From: Nemertoderma westbladi | Lineage: Eukaryota; Animalia; Xenacoelomorpha | DNA: 40,462 nt | Reading direction: 5' to 3' | Assembly (NCBI GenBank): GCA_032718475.1 | Contig: JAUCBJ010007606.1 | Span: forward strand, 1-40,462 | Shown here: in pieces, positions 20,450 through 33,200 of the stretch | Numbering within the stretch: the first letter of the stretch is position 1 | Layout: every line of letters starts with the position of its first letter | Translations under genes and position numbers: made by a program | Notes under the pieces: model-generated | What the model was told of the DNA's origin: nothing | Database searches by the model: none | The model's input: the letters and a program-made list of their open reading frames with translations, nothing else

Positions 20450-22768
20450 CATGTCTTAAGTATATGATATATCAAAGGGGGGAGTTTGGATTCACTGCAT
20501 AAATGCAGTTCACCAAACTTCCCCCGAATGCACACTGTAACTTCCCCCTTCCCCCAAATATCCACTGTTGAATTAATTTGAAGCGATATAATAAGTACAA
20601 AATTGTGCGAGTTTTTAATTGTGTGGTCCAATTGTTATTTGATTTCTATTTATTATTTAAAGTGCATTTAATATCACACTGGTTTTTAGAATATTATACT
20701 ATACAACCTTATATTTTATTAATTTACCCAATCGAAGCCTCATAAGGGCCGGTTATTTGTACGCATATCCCCTAATGCGCTCAGTAAGGTTCAAACAACA
20801 TATTAATATGAAAATAAAATAATCTGCAAAGAAAATAACCCAATACTATATAATTTGACCTTATTAAAAAATTTGCACTTTTGCACACTTATTTGTACAA
20901 ATGCACTTTAGCAGATCGTAATGGTGGCTCTTATTTAACAAACTTATGTTTATCATCTACCGATCTACGATGGTGTATGATCAAGTGTCAGTCGCTAAAA
21001 GTGTCAAAAATCCAATTTAATAAATCTGGATTTGCGATTTTGGACCATATTCATGGACATTTTAAGTCACTTTATAGACATAAAAAGTTAAACAAATGTT
21101 ACGATTATAGTTAGAAATCATTCCAAACTACATTTTAATCCAAAAAATAACATTCTACGATGAATAGAACTGGAAATAATAGTGTTTGAAATATCGAAAA
21201 AAAATGTTCACTATTTAAGTGCATTTTGCACTAAGTGCATATAAGTCTTTTCCCAAGTTTTATCCTATTTCACACACTACAATCTATCCTCTATCCAATG
21301 AAAAAAGTTTCAGATTAAACGGCCCTGTAGAACCGAAGTTATTTATGTTTAAAAATAGTCACTCGAAAATTTCAAATTCTCTTGGTCACATAGTGTAGTG
21401 GTTATCAATCACGTTAATGAAACCTAAGTTCGCGGGTTCGAAATCCAATATTGACCTGACCATTCTTAATTTTTTTTAAAATTATTTTTATTTTTTCACT
21501 AAAATCGCTCTAACTTCGGTTCAATAAAATTGGTATATTCTTTGCCGTAATTTTTTTCTTAATCTTTTGAGAAGGGGTTATTTTTGGCCCCAAAAAAATT
21601 AAAGAAAAGGGCCAAAATAACGCGATATTTTTCGACCCTTAAAATTCGTAATTTTAATTATAAATGTTAAGATAAAAGATAGCGGAGTTAATTTGATACT
21701 TTTTACAGGTACTTTTGGCGCAATACGCTAAATAATAATGGAATAGCGATTTGTTAAAAAAAAAAATTTTTCGTCCCTTTTTATAAATATTATATTTCAC
21801 GCGATCGCCGGCCGCTCCAGTTTTATAATACCTCCGGCGCTGTGATTAACGCTGTTAGATAGATAATTGAACGCACTGTCTGTGTAAACAAATCTCCCGT
21901 AAGTTAAGTAGTTTTCGAGCTAGACGATTTCCCGCGAAGCGCGAAATTATAATTTTGGCCCTCATTTTTTTAATATCATCCTTGGAGCAAAACCGATAGC
22001 ATATTTGAATTCCCCGTATGGATATTGACTGTATAGAATGTACCTTAACCAACTAAAGTTAAAAATAAAAAATTATTCGATAAAAACTTCTTTACAAATT
22101 CTGGCCCTTTTTGGCCCCTATTGCCGACATATTTTTTGTACCCCCATTCGATAGGAACGTAGCCCCAATGGTCTTCTACGAGTTTCATAAAAGAATTAGT
22201 GGATTCCTACCCGCGTTGTCGAATTAAACATTTCGGAAATAAGTTTTCCAAAAAAGACGGACAAAAACGTACAAATTTACAGCCGCTTTTTCCACCCGAA
22301 ATTTTAATAAATATCTTACTCCCATTCGATACGAAGGTAGTACCACTCTTCCCCTTTCCAACCGCGTTACTTTCGTCCCCGTACGATTAATATTAGCCGA
22401 GTTATAGCGGATCCCGCAAAGTCATTTTGTCCGTTTTTTCAACTTTGACGGACATTTTCGAAAAAAAGGCGTGGTAATCTTTTTTGAAAAAAAAAACGAA
22501 TTCACTAATTAATCCCTTCTATCGTATCCCGGCGTCGGCTAAGCAATAACCTAGGTTTTTTTCGAGCCACTGTAGAGCGCCTTTTAAAAAAATTTTAAAA
22601 TTGTCGAAAAAATGACGGATTTTTGTCCGCCGTGTCCGTCGAAGGGTTAGATTTAATAATGTTAGAGTTGCTAATATCTTAGAATTCCGAGCCGCTCCCC
22701 TGGTGAGAAAATAAAAAAATTTGGTCAGTTCCTTCATCGAAAAGTCCCCCAGAATCCCAAGTTAACCT
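20450..22768. mobile_element. Non-coding dispersed repeat, copy 1 (probable non-autonomous DNA element)
   Basis: ~20450-22279 aligns by eye with ~28478-30278. Internal inverted motifs (GAACCGAAGTT/AACTTCGGTTC; TTTTGGCCC/GGGCCAAAA). Similar-looking sequence continues to CCCAAGTTAACCT at 22768. Confidence 0.7.
21384..21456 (+). pseudogene. tRNA-like 73-nt module (Ile/Val-like) inside dispersed repeat copy 1
   Basis: GGTCA...TGACC acceptor-like pairing; A-box-like TAGTGTAGTGG; B-box-like GGTTCGAAATCC; AAT near the anticodon position. Anticodon and T stems are imperfect. Confidence 0.6.
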
Positions 22769-23052
22769 ATATAGTTAGCGATGGCCTGCGGCTTTAGGAG
22801 CGGCCGCGGTATTCACCTCCCTCATAGCGGCCGCGGCGGTGTTGCGTCAAATGGAGAAATATTTATCCCACCAAGGTGGACCCAAAATGAAGTTATACTT
22901 AAAGAAAGACCACGAGGTAAAGGGAAAAGTGTGGAGGGGGGGGGGGGGGGGGGGGGTATGCGTCGAATGACACGAGGGGAGACGAACTGGACTCGTTAAT
23001 TTTATATTACTCGAAATTGTATGTAATATATTTTCGTTCCCAGTCTACACTC

Positions 23053-23313
23053 TGTAGAGATATCACATTAGAGACTGGGAGACCATAGAACATGGCTCGC
23101 CCCATTATATACTGGATAGGTATATATAGTAGAGTAGTGGATATAGTTCCATACATACTTACTTATTATTATGCCTGTCAGTAGTCTGTCAGTATATAGC
23201 ATGCAGTAGTCATGCAGATATAGTTATCTGAGAGTATCAGAATATTAGATATGAAGTACCACAGTCTGACAGTGTTATGCTCACCAGTCTGCCAGTACGT
23301 TCATATCCCCATA
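23053..23313 (+). repeat. Gypsy 5' LTR
   Basis: TGTAGAGATATC...ATATCCCCATA, identical by eye to 27827-28087. Confidence 0.95.
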
Positions 23314-23322
23314 TGGCGCAGT
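23314..23322 (+). other. Primer-binding site TGGCGCAGT (tRNA-Ser-like, tentative)
   Basis: TGG immediately after the 5' LTR; complementary to an ...ACUGCGCCA tRNA 3' end. Confidence 0.75.
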
Positions 23323-23424
23323 ATTGTAGTCAGTCAGGAACTCTAACAGTGCTCCTTAAGTGAAGAGTTAAGCTTTCGTGCGGACTCGGATCTTTGGCGG
23401 ACAGCCTACAAATAAAAGGAAGGG

Positions 23425-26400
23425 ATGGACGAGAAAAACACGACAGCCGCCGGATCGGAGGTGACTGAGTTCGCGGGCGGGTCGGACGACACCGACCCCG
23501 CTGTGGATCTCCTCGCCGACCTTCGATCGGAAATGGCACATCGAGAGGCTGCAGCAGACGCGCGCCTCGATCGCCTTACGCAGCTGCTGGATCGGCAGCG
23601 GGCAGCGGCGGACGCACAGATTGCTCAACTCCTCGGGGCGCTTCAGGTGCAACAGCAGCAGGGCGCTGCGCAGCCCCAGGTTGGTGTGGCGGCCGCCCCC
23701 GTTCCCGGCGCGAACCCCGCTCGACGCCGGGTATTCGACATTATGGGCGTTGAGAAAATTGATGGCGATGTAGAGTTTACATCATTCCGACGGTGGCGCG
23801 AGGCGTGGCGGGTGCATGCGTACCGACAACAGGCCTCCACGTTTCCACGCGTCGAACAGGTTTACGCGTTGGTGTCCGCACTCGGGCGGGACCTACAGCA
23901 AACAGTCACGGTCACTCTCGGTGTCGACATCGACGACGACGCGACAACAACCGACTCCATCATGGACGCCATCCAGACTCATCTTCGTTCCAAACGATCG
24001 ATCGCGATTGACGGAATTAAATTCCACGGGCGGAAACAAGGGCCAAACGAATCCTTCGACTCGTTTCGAATAGCTCTAGAAGAACTTGCTGATGACGCAG
24101 AACTATGTGCACACTGCAGGGACAGGCAGATAGTGACACAGGTTCTGGTCGGAGTTCGGTCATCCGAAACACGAACCGAGCTCCTCAAGGTGTTACCCCA
24201 ACCCACTCTGGCTGACTGCGTTCGGATTTGTCAGTCGAGGGAGGCGAGCGAACACAACGACGACGTGATCGGTAGCGGGAAATCCATCGCCAAGGTGACG
24301 TCGTCCTACAAACGCGGACGATCCGAGGACAGGCGACCGCCTGCACCGCGATCGGACAGCAAGGACTCAGCGTGCACGAGTTGCGGACGGGAACACGCTG
24401 CAGGGAAATCCAACTGTCCGGCGAAGAACGCGCGCTGCAATGCGTGCGGTAAAATGGGACATTTCCGCGCCGTCTGTCGCTCTAAAGCGACCAGAAAACC
24501 AAAAGGTAAAGACCCTGCGACAGTCAATACAGTAACGGAAGGCGACGGAGTAAACTCGATCAACTTCGCGTGCAGGCTCCCACGCATCACCGTTAACATG
24601 TTCGGTCGGGACGACGACGAGATACAGGGGAAAATCCGCAACGTCCTCCCGGATAGCGGCGCCGCGGCCACCATGCTGAATCTGGACATATTCAGTCGTA
24701 TGGGGGGCCGCGTACGGGACCTCACACCGTACCCATCCGCCGACCTACGCGCCGCGAATCAACTTCCCCTCGAGATAGTCGGACTTTTCCACGCGAGAGT
24801 GGATTACGCAGGGAACTCGACTGAATCCCTGGTCGCGATATCTCCGGAGGTGGAGGGATTGATACTATCGTACGAGGCGCTACGAGGACTCAACCTTCTC
24901 CACCCCAACTTCCCTCTACCCTTCGTGTCGGTGTCAGCCGTGACGTCATCGCTACCCCTCCCGAGCGTTCGGGATGGATTGATGAGCGAGTTTAAAGACG
25001 TGTTCGACGACGTCGAGGAGGAGCTCGGGACGATGAAGGGGGACCCGATGCGGGTCGAGTTGAAGGACGGCGCCACGCCATTTCACGCCAACGGCGCGCG
25101 ACCGATTCCGTACGCACTACGCGACGAGGTGAGGGAGCACCTCGATGCCATGGAGCGACGGGACGTCATTGAGCGCGTCACCGAACCCACGGAATGGGCA
25201 CACCCACTCACAGTCGCTCGTAAACCCAACGGGAAGCTTCGGGTTTGCGTGGACTTACGACATCTGAATGACCAGATAAAGCGGCCATACTACCCCACAC
25301 CCAGTGCACGGGTGGCGGTGACGGGGATCTCCACCACGGCGCAGTTCTTCTCCGTATTCGATGCTGCGGCCGGTTACTGGCAGGTTCCCCTCGAGCCAGC
25401 TTCACAACTCCTCACCACGTTCGTTACCCCATGGGGGAGATACAAATTTAAACGGAGCGTGATGGGTCTCATCTCCAGCGGAGATGAATTCAACCGCCGC
25501 GGCGACGACGCGCTGCGCGGACTCCCCGGGATGGTTAAAGTCGTCGATGACATTCTCCTATATGATGACAACCTCGATGATCACATCGCCAGTGTCCGGC
25601 GGTTCCTTCTCCGATGCCGCGAGGCAGGGATCGCCCTCAACCCCGATAAAACGCAGTTCGCCCAACGCGAAGTGAAATTCGCGGGCTACTATGTCGGGGC
25701 CGACGGGATCAGGGCGGACCCGGCCAAGGTCCGGGCCATTGCAAGTTTTCCTCGCCCAACCAACCTAACTGATCTAAGGAGCTTCGTAGGGTTGGCGGAA
25801 CAACTCGCCCCATTCTCAACGGAGATCTCGACTACGATGTCCCCCCTTCGCCCCCTCCTGCGCGCGCACAGCCCATACGACTGGAACAGCGATCACGAAG
25901 CGGCGTTCGAGGCGACCAAAAAAGTCCTGGTTTCTCCTCCCATTCTAGCTCCATTCGAGCCGGGGCTCGATACACAACTAGAAACTGACGCATCCCGGAA
26001 AAACGGCCTAGGTTACGTGCTGCTACAGCGACACGGTGACACCTGGAAACTCATCGAGTGCGGCTCAAGGTTTATCACAGAAACAGAGTCGCGATACGCA
26101 ATGGTGGAACTAGAACTCCTCGCAGTCGTGTGGGCCGCACACAAATGCCGCCTATACCTTGTGGGACTTCCACACTTTACATTGGTGGTGGACCACCAAC
26201 CCCTCGTGTCTATACTCGATAGACAAACGCTAGACGGGACCGACAACGCCAGGATCCAAAGACTGAAGTCTAAGATGAGCACATTCACGTTCACTACAAC
26301 TTGGAAGAAGGGAAAGCTCCATCGAATCCCCGACGCGTTGTCCCGATCCCCAGCCGACGACCCAACCCCAGACGATTTGGTCGATGATGGGGACATGGCG

Positions 26401-27768
26401 TCCTATGTGTGCGCGGTGACCGAACAAACCGCCACCAATATCACCGAGGATAACGGACCGGCGGCGGAGCAACCCGACCTCCTCCTCCGATCGTTATCTA
26501 CATCGGCTCGGAATGACTCTGACTATGTTGCGCTGCGGGAGGCCATCGAGTCAGGGTTCCCTGCGACGTCACGCCAACAGACGGGAGTCCAACCCTACTG
26601 GTCCATTCGGGACGAATTATCAACCGATCGGGACCTGGTCCTCTACGGACACCGCATCGTCATCCCGCGGGCGAACCGGCGGGATACGTTGGCGCACCTC
26701 CACGCCGCACACCAGGGGGTTGAAAAGACCCTACGTCGGGCCCGCCAGACAGTCTACTGGCCGGGCATCACTAACGATGTCCGGACGACCGTCTCCTCCT
26801 GCGAACCCTGCCTCACCCAACGGCCCAGCCTCGCTCGGGAACCCCTGCTGAGGGACCGCGAGGCCACACGGCCATTCCAGGAACTATCTGGAGATTTATT
26901 TTACCTCAATGGAAATAATTATCTCGCAGTCGCAGACAGATACTCCGGGTGGCCCGAGATCTACGGATACACCAGCCACCCCACCGCCGCATCCACCGCT
27001 GAACACGTACGGGACATATTCACACGGTTTGGTGTCCCCCTACGGTTTGGGTCGGATGGCGGCCCTCAATTCGCCGGCGAGGCGTTTAAACATTTCTTAC
27101 ATACTTGGGGGGTCGAGCCCGTCACCTCCTCCCCAGAATACCCGCAAAGCAACGGCCACGCGGAGTCCACCGTCAAGGCTCTCAAGGCGTTGCTCACAAA
27201 GACTGGGGGAAAACTGACTTCACCAGCGTTCCTGGAGGGCCTCCTGGAACTCCGTAACGCCCCTCGCGCACACGGGAAGTCACCGTCCCAGATATTATTC
27301 GGCCACCCCACACGGTCTCGGGTGCCAACACACAGCCGCGCGTTCCAGATGGAACACCAGCAGGCTCGCACGGAGCTCGACCGGGCAGTGCCCACGCTCC
27401 TCGAGTCGCAGACGGAGGGTTATAACACCCACGCGAAACCCCTCACACCTCTAGCTGTGGGCGACCCAGTGCGGGTCCAGAACCCATCCACGAAAAGGTG
27501 GGACCGCACCGGGACGATTGTGGAATCGGGCCTCAACCGGAAGTACACCCTACGGACTCCGTCTGGCCGATGTCTAATTCGCAACCGTCGTCACCTACTC
27601 CGGGATACCTCCATAGACACCCCAGTGACCCAGGACACAGTTGCCGGGCCACCAGCCGGAAACGGCTCCAAGGGACGCAATGTACACTGGGCGGACCAGT
27701 TGGTACAACCCGCCTCCCAACGCCGCAAATACCCTACCCGCGCGAGGCGCCAGCCAAACCGCCTCTAA
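23425..27768 (+). CDS. Gypsy Gag-Pol polyprotein, 1447 aa
   Basis: Knuckles CTSCGREH...C and [14 protein letters not shown]; protease PDSGA; RT LRVCVDL, GYWQVPL, VVDD; RNase [11 protein letters not shown]; integrase HAAHQG...CEPC, GDLF, SDGGPQF, SNGHAE. Confidence 0.97.
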   Translation: MDEKNTTAAGSEVTEFAGGSDDTDPAVDLLADLRSEMAHREAAADARLDRLTQLLDRQRAAADAQIAQLLGALQVQQQQGAAQPQVGVAAAPVPGANPARRRVFDIMGVEKIDGDVEFTSFRRWREAWRVHAYRQQASTFPRVEQVYALVSALGRDLQQTVTVTLGVDIDDDATTTDSIMDAIQTHLRSKRSIAIDGIKFHGRKQGPNESFDSFRIALEELADDAELCAHCRDRQIVTQVLVGVRSSETRTELLKVLPQPTLADCVRICQSREASEHNDDVIGSGKSIAKVTSSYKRGRSEDRRPPAPRSDSKDSACTSCGREHAAGKSNCPAKNARCNACGKMGHFRAVCRSKATRKPKGKDPATVNTVTEGDGVNSINFACRLPRITVNMFGRDDDEIQGKIRNVLPDSGAAATMLNLDIFSRMGGRVRDLTPYPSADLRAANQLPLEIVGLFHARVDYAGNSTESLVAISPEVEGLILSYEALRGLNLLHPNFPLPFVSVSAVTSSLPLPSVRDGLMSEFKDVFDDVEEELGTMKGDPMRVELKDGATPFHANGARPIPYALRDEVREHLDAMERRDVIERVTEPTEWAHPLTVARKPNGKLRVCVDLRHLNDQIKRPYYPTPSARVAVTGISTTAQFFSVFDAAAGYWQVPLEPASQLLTTFVTPWGRYKFKRSVMGLISSGDEFNRRGDDALRGLPGMVKVVDDILLYDDNLDDHIASVRRFLLRCREAGIALNPDKTQFAQREVKFAGYYVGADGIRADPAKVRAIASFPRPTNLTDLRSFVGLAEQLAPFSTEISTTMSPLRPLLRAHSPYDWNSDHEAAFEATKKVLVSPPILAPFEPGLDTQLETDASRKNGLGYVLLQRHGDTWKLIECGSRFITETESRYAMVELELLAVVWAAHKCRLYLVGLPHFTLVVDHQPLVSILDRQTLDGTDNARIQRLKSKMSTFTFTTTWKKGKLHRIPDALSRSPADDPTPDDLVDDGDMASYVCAVTEQTATNITEDNGPAAEQPDLLLRSLSTSARNDSDYVALREAIESGFPATSRQQTGVQPYWSIRDELSTDRDLVLYGHRIVIPRANRRDTLAHLHAAHQGVEKTLRRARQTVYWPGITNDVRTTVSSCEPCLTQRPSLAREPLLRDREATRPFQELSGDLFYLNGNNYLAVADRYSGWPEIYGYTSHPTAASTAEHVRDIFTRFGVPLRFGSDGGPQFAGEAFKHFLHTWGVEPVTSSPEYPQSNGHAESTVKALKALLTKTGGKLTSPAFLEGLLELRNAPRAHGKSPSQILFGHPTRSRVPTHSRAFQMEHQQARTELDRAVPTLLESQTEGYNTHAKPLTPLAVGDPVRVQNPSTKRWDRTGTIVESGLNRKYTLRTPSGRCLIRNRRHLLRDTSIDTPVTQDTVAGPPAGNGSKGRNVHWADQLVQPASQRRKYPTRARRQPNRL

Positions 27769-27817
27769 AACTGCGAAACTGAAAGTTATTGATAGTTTAT
27801 ACTGTGGGTAGAAACTC

Positions 27818-27826
27818 GAAAGGGGG
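27818..27826 (+). other. Polypurine tract GAAAGGGGG
   Basis: Abuts the 3' LTR TGT at 27827. Confidence 0.85.
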
Positions 27827-28087
27827 TGTAGAGATATCACATTAGAGACTGGGAGACCATAGAACATGGCTCGCCCCATTATATACTGGATAGGTATATA
27901 TAGTAGAGTAGTGGATATAGTTCCATACATACTTACTTATTATTATGCCTGTCAGTAGTCTGTCAGTATATAGCATGCAGTAGTCATGCAGATATAGTTA
28001 TCTGAGAGTATCAGAATATTAGATATGAAGTACCACAGTCTGACAGTGTTATGCTCACCAGTCTGCCAGTACGTTCATATCCCCATA
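27827..28087 (+). repeat. Gypsy 3' LTR
   Basis: Direct repeat of 23053-23313. Confidence 0.95.
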
Positions 28088-28477
28088 CACTCGTTCTATA
28101 TACCGGTAACCCATTAATATTAATATATACTACTCAGTCGTTTGTACATAATACGAAGCCTGTAAGTTATAGTCACCGAAACATTTCAGCTCGGAAATTA
28201 TAATATATGAATCAAGGATGTCTCTCTTATGATCTACATAGAATAGATATGGTTATTGATACTGTTACATTGTGATAATGGATTCTAGGTTTCTTTCACT
28301 GGTAAATCCGTATAAATGTTGAAGTAATAAAATTTAATTACAGAACCATAGTTCGAAGATCAGCATTATTCATACCAGTCATTGCTTAGAAATTTTACAG
28401 GATAATATTGTTAATCTGACTTAAGTTGTTTAGGTTGAACAAAGTCTACATAGTAAACAACAGGTCCTCCAAAGAGT

Positions 28478-30278
28478 GTGTCTTTGGTATATTATATCAT
28501 GAAGGGGGAAGTTAGATTCACTGCATAAATGCAGTTCATCTAACTTCCCCCAAATATCCACTGTTGAATAAAATTGAAGCGATATATTAAGTCCGAAGAG
28601 GTGCGAGTTTTTTTAATAAATTGTGTGGTCCATTTGTTATCTGATTTCTATTTATTGTTTAAAGTTCATTTAAGATCACACTGGTTTTTAGAATATTACA
28701 ACCTTATTTATTATTAATTTATACAATTGAACCCTTATAAGGACCGGTTATTTGTACACATACTCCTAATGCGCTCAGTAAGGTCCATACAACATATTAA
28801 AAGAACCCAATAATACACCATTTGACCTTATTAAAAAAAATTGCACATTTGCACACATATTTGCACAAGTGCACTTTAGCGGATCCTAAAGGTGGTTCCT
28901 ATTTAACACACTTATGTCTATTCTCTTCCGATCTACGATGGTGCATGATCAAGTGTCAGTCGCTAAAAGTGTCAAAAATCCAATTTAATAAATCGCGAAA
29001 TTTGCGATTTTGGACCATATTCATGGACATTTTAAGTCACTTTATAGACATAAAAAGTTAAACAAATGTTACGATTATAGTTAGAAATCATTCCAAACTA
29101 CATTTTAATCCAAAAAATAACATTCTACGATGAATGGAACTGGAAATAATAGTGTTTGAAATATCGAAAAAATGTCCACTATTTAAGTGCATTTTGCACT
29201 AAGTGCACATGCGTCTTTTCCCAAGTTGTATCCTATTTCACACACTACAATCTATCCTCTATCCAATGAAAAAAGATTCAGATCAAACGGCCCAATAGAA
29301 CCGAAGTTATTGATGTTTAAAAATAGTCACTCGAAAATTTCAAATTCACTTGGTCACGTAGTCTAGTGGTTATCAATCATGTTAATGAAACCTAAGTTCG
29401 TGGGTACGAAATCCAATATTGGCCATTCTTATTTTTTTGTTAAAAAATTTTTTTTTATTTTTTCACTAAAATCGCTCTAACTTCGGTTCTGATGGTCCAA
29501 ATTCAATAAAATTTGTATATTCTTTGCCGTAATTTTTTTTTCTATCTTTTGAGAGGGGGTCATTTTTGGCCCCAAAAAAAAATGAAAAAAAGGGCCAAAA
29601 TTACGCGATATTTTTCGACCCTTAAAATTCGTAATTTTAATTATAAATGTTAAGAAAAAAGATAGCGGAGTTAATTTGCTACATTTTACAGGTAGTTTAG
29701 GCGCAAAGAGCTAAATTATAATAGAACAGCAGATTATTAAGAAAAAAACGTTTTTCGTCCCTTTTTTATAAATATTATATTTCACACGATCGCCTGCCGC
29801 TCCAGTTTTATAATACCTCCGGCGCTGTGATTAACGCTGTTAGATAGATAATTTAACGCACTATAAGTCTGTGTAAACAAATCTCCCGTAAGTTAAGTAG
29901 TTTTCGAGCTAGACGATTTCCCGCGAAGCAAGTTTGAAGCGCGAAATTATAATTTTGGCCCTTATTTTTTTAATATCATCCTTGGAGCAAAACCGATAGC
30001 ATATTTGAATTCCCCGTATGGATATTGACTGTATAGAATGTACCTTAACCAACTAAAGTTAAAAATAAAAAATTATTCGATAAAAACTACTTTACAAATT
30101 CTGGCCCTTTTTGGCCCCTATTGCCGACATATTTTTTGTACCCCCATTCGATAGGAACGTAGCCCCAATGGTCTTCTACGAGTTTCATAAAAGAATTAGT
30201 GGATTCCTACCCGCGTTGTCGAATTAAACATTTCGGAAATAAATTTTCAAAAAAGACGGACAAAAACGTACAAATTTA
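28478..30278. mobile_element. Non-coding dispersed repeat, copy 2 (truncated on the right)
   Basis: Same orientation as copy 1; homology stops after GGACAAAAACGTACAAATTTA, next to the start of the tandem duplication. Confidence 0.75.
29352..29424 (+). pseudogene. tRNA-like module, copy 2
   Basis: GGTCACGTAGTCTAGTGGTTATC...GGGTACGAAATCCAATATTGGCC, 73 nt; B box mutated (GGTACGA). Confidence 0.5.
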
Positions 30279-30283
30279 TTTCT

Positions 30284-33200
30284 GGATATTTCTGGATTTT
30301 CATTCTATTTGTGGAATATGATATTAGGATGGTTTAATAAATTAAATATATACTATCACTATAACAAGCTTCATGCAATATAGGAATGGTTATTTTTTCT
30401 GAAAAAAAAAAATCTCGTTGGCATTTTAACATTCGCTTCGCTCGTGCCAAAAACCTGCCGGCTCGTGTAAAACTCAACCACTCGTACATAATAGTTGAAT
30501 TTCGCTAAATTTATAATGAGTGAAAATAGCGATATTTTCCGCTTACTTTTATTTTATCGAATAATAGTCCTATAAAACGTTGGGTTTTGAGAAACTTTAT
30601 TTATTTACAAAAAAATTAATCCAGTTTTGCTACTTTTCTGTATCATCGTGTCTGCACGGTACTTCACATAGCGCCCCATTTGGTGATCTCCAGTGAATGT
30701 TTGGATTTGACCTGACCAAATTGGTTTACTACGGAAGATCCGCAGTGGGCACACCTGGGCGGGTGTGGGCCACTCGGAATCCGACGAGGCGGCGCACATA
30801 TTGACATTTGGCGTATGTACATTTCTTACAGTTGGGGGCCACTGGGTTAAGAGTTTTTACGGTATACTTAATATGAGCATAAAGAAGAAAGTGTTGGCGA
30901 TGTATCTGAAAAATAAATAAATAAACATTGTTCTTTGTATCTCAAGTTGATTTGGATTAGGACAATGTGATACTTTTAACTCCTGCAATAATTCAGGTGG
31001 TTTGATGAGACTGCTTAGGGGTGGGGTGGGGTGTGGGGGGGGGGGGGGTAACTGAGAAAATGTGACAAAGAAATGGAAAGAAAGGCAATGTTATAGTAAA
31101 TGGATTTGTGTTATGTAATACTCTGTAGTAGCTGCTGTCTCCGAGGTAACTAATTTTGTATAGCCTGGGACTGACTATCTCTGGGTAGTATATTGAAGAC
31201 ATAAGTCTATGAAGGAGAGATAATGTTTACTTTAGCTTTGATTTATGTTGTCAGCCCGGGGCGTCCTTCCGGTTCAATGAGTTTTTGGGCAGATTTATTA
31301 CATTGCAAGACTGTTTGATGCTTATGGTATATGGATCGAGGTGAAGTTATTATTATAAACATTGTCAAATTAAACAGAGTTATCAGGATGGAAAACTCAT
31401 TTTGTATAATGTAGTATCCTCAGACCACACCTGTGACAAAAATTGATGGATTGGGATAAATAGGGCTGTAGGGTGGGAGTTGGTGTGTAAGCCGCCTATA
31501 GAATCGGAAGAACATATCAAATTGACTGTTTTAATTATAACATTGACCTGCGGAATCAATGAGAATTGTATGGAAGTAGAAATCTAATATTTATATCAAA
31601 CACATGCTTGGTAATGTATCAGGGGATTGCCGCCTGTCAATATGTACACGTTCTCTGAACCCAGAGTTATACTGCCGTATTTGGGCGAATACGACAGGCA
31701 CTTTTCTGTATATCGCACCGTAATGTTTTAATTCAACCCCACCAAATTACATTCCTTCAAAGACTCTATCTTATAGCGGTCTTACAATAGGAGCTAGTAT
31801 TCACATTGTGTTCGTAATACATTTTGTAGAGCTCGTATATGGAGATGGGGTCCGGTCCACCATCAGCACTCAGCAGCTCAGTTAAATATACTAGGTAACA
31901 ACAATAATAGTGTCAACCGCGCAATAATGACAAATTTGGTAGACTGTCCCCGGTGTAATACATATGCACCATATGTCATATAAATTTTACACTGGGTAAC
32001 ACAATAATGGTGTCCCCGATGGGTAACATTTTGCAAACATTAATTATTACACCACAAGGGTCACTGAATTTTGGACTATAATAGTTGTTAGAGGTAGTAA
32101 ATAAAACGTGGCTGTAGCACAATTATATTAGCTACCGCAAAAATGGGGGGGGGGGGGGGGTGTCTCCCTTGTTGTATGAATTCGCGATTTTCAGAATGTA
32201 TATTTCCACAACCTTTTATTTTCCAATTGTGATGTGCGCCTTCAATAAACATAACAAAAAGTTAAAGTGACGTCATTCTGTATCCAATATTATAATACTC
32301 AAATCACTGTAAATAATATAATAGTAAATATAATAATATAATTATTTTATAATAACATAGTTTCATAGTACAAGTTACATAGTACAAAATAGCACAAGTT
32401 TCTACGCCAATACAATTATTAATACGGATAAATAGTCTATCTTGGAATGATTCAAACGCTGAATTTCCTAAAATCGCGTCAAATAATTGAAACCAAACAA
32501 ATTCCACAATATAGTCGATAATTTATCATTAAATCATAAACCGAAATCAATACAAATAACATTTTACATCCAGTGAATGTTATTAATGAAAACTATTTAT
32601 AAAAAATCATAATGATGTGACGTCACAAGCTCTAATAGGGACTCTTAATTGAATGATTGGGTCGCTAATTATTGGTTTTTAACAATAATTTCTTTAGCTA
32701 TTAACCAAAACCTTTACGTATGTGATTCATACCAAAGGAGACGAAAATCAATAGACTTCTAAACCTACAACAACACTGGCACCACACTAGGATATTTCTG
32801 GATTTTCATTCTATTTGTGGAATATGATATTAGGATGGTTTAATTAATTAAATATATACTATCACTATAACAAGCTTCATGCAATATAGGAATGGTTATT
32901 TTTTCTGAAAAAAAAAAATCTCGTTGGCATTTTAACATTCGCTTCGCTCGTGCCAAAAACCTGCCGGCTCGTGTAAAACTCAACCGCTCGTACATAATAG
33001 TTGAATTTCGCTAAATTTATAATGAGTGAAAATAGCGATATTTTCCGCTTACTTTTATTTTATCGAATAATAGTCCTATAAAACGTTGGGTTTTGAGAAA
33101 CTTTATTTATTTACAAAAAAATTAATCCAGTTTTGCTACTTTTCTGTATCATCGTGTCTGCACGGTACTTCACATAGCGCCCCATTTGGTGATCTCCAGT

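Larger units (their letters stand above)
23053..28087 (+). mobile_element. Full-length Ty3/Gypsy LTR retrotransposon (Mag-like, tentative)
   Basis: Two 261-bp LTRs, PBS, PPT, single intact gag-pol ORF, TSD CACTC (23048-23052 / 28088-28092). Confidence 0.97.

Noticed and set aside
21384-21456. Functional tRNA gene
   Set aside because: Anticodon and T stems do not pair properly; kept only as a tRNA-like module.
20228-22768. TTAACTTGG / CCAAGTTAA as TIRs of the dispersed repeat
   Set aside because: Only 9 bp, no TSD, and copy 2 does not extend to that left end.
23330-27930. Many short overlapping ORFs in the Gypsy element; possible env or extra ORF
   Set aside because: Expected in GC-rich coding DNA; only ~58 bp separate the pol stop from the 3' LTR.
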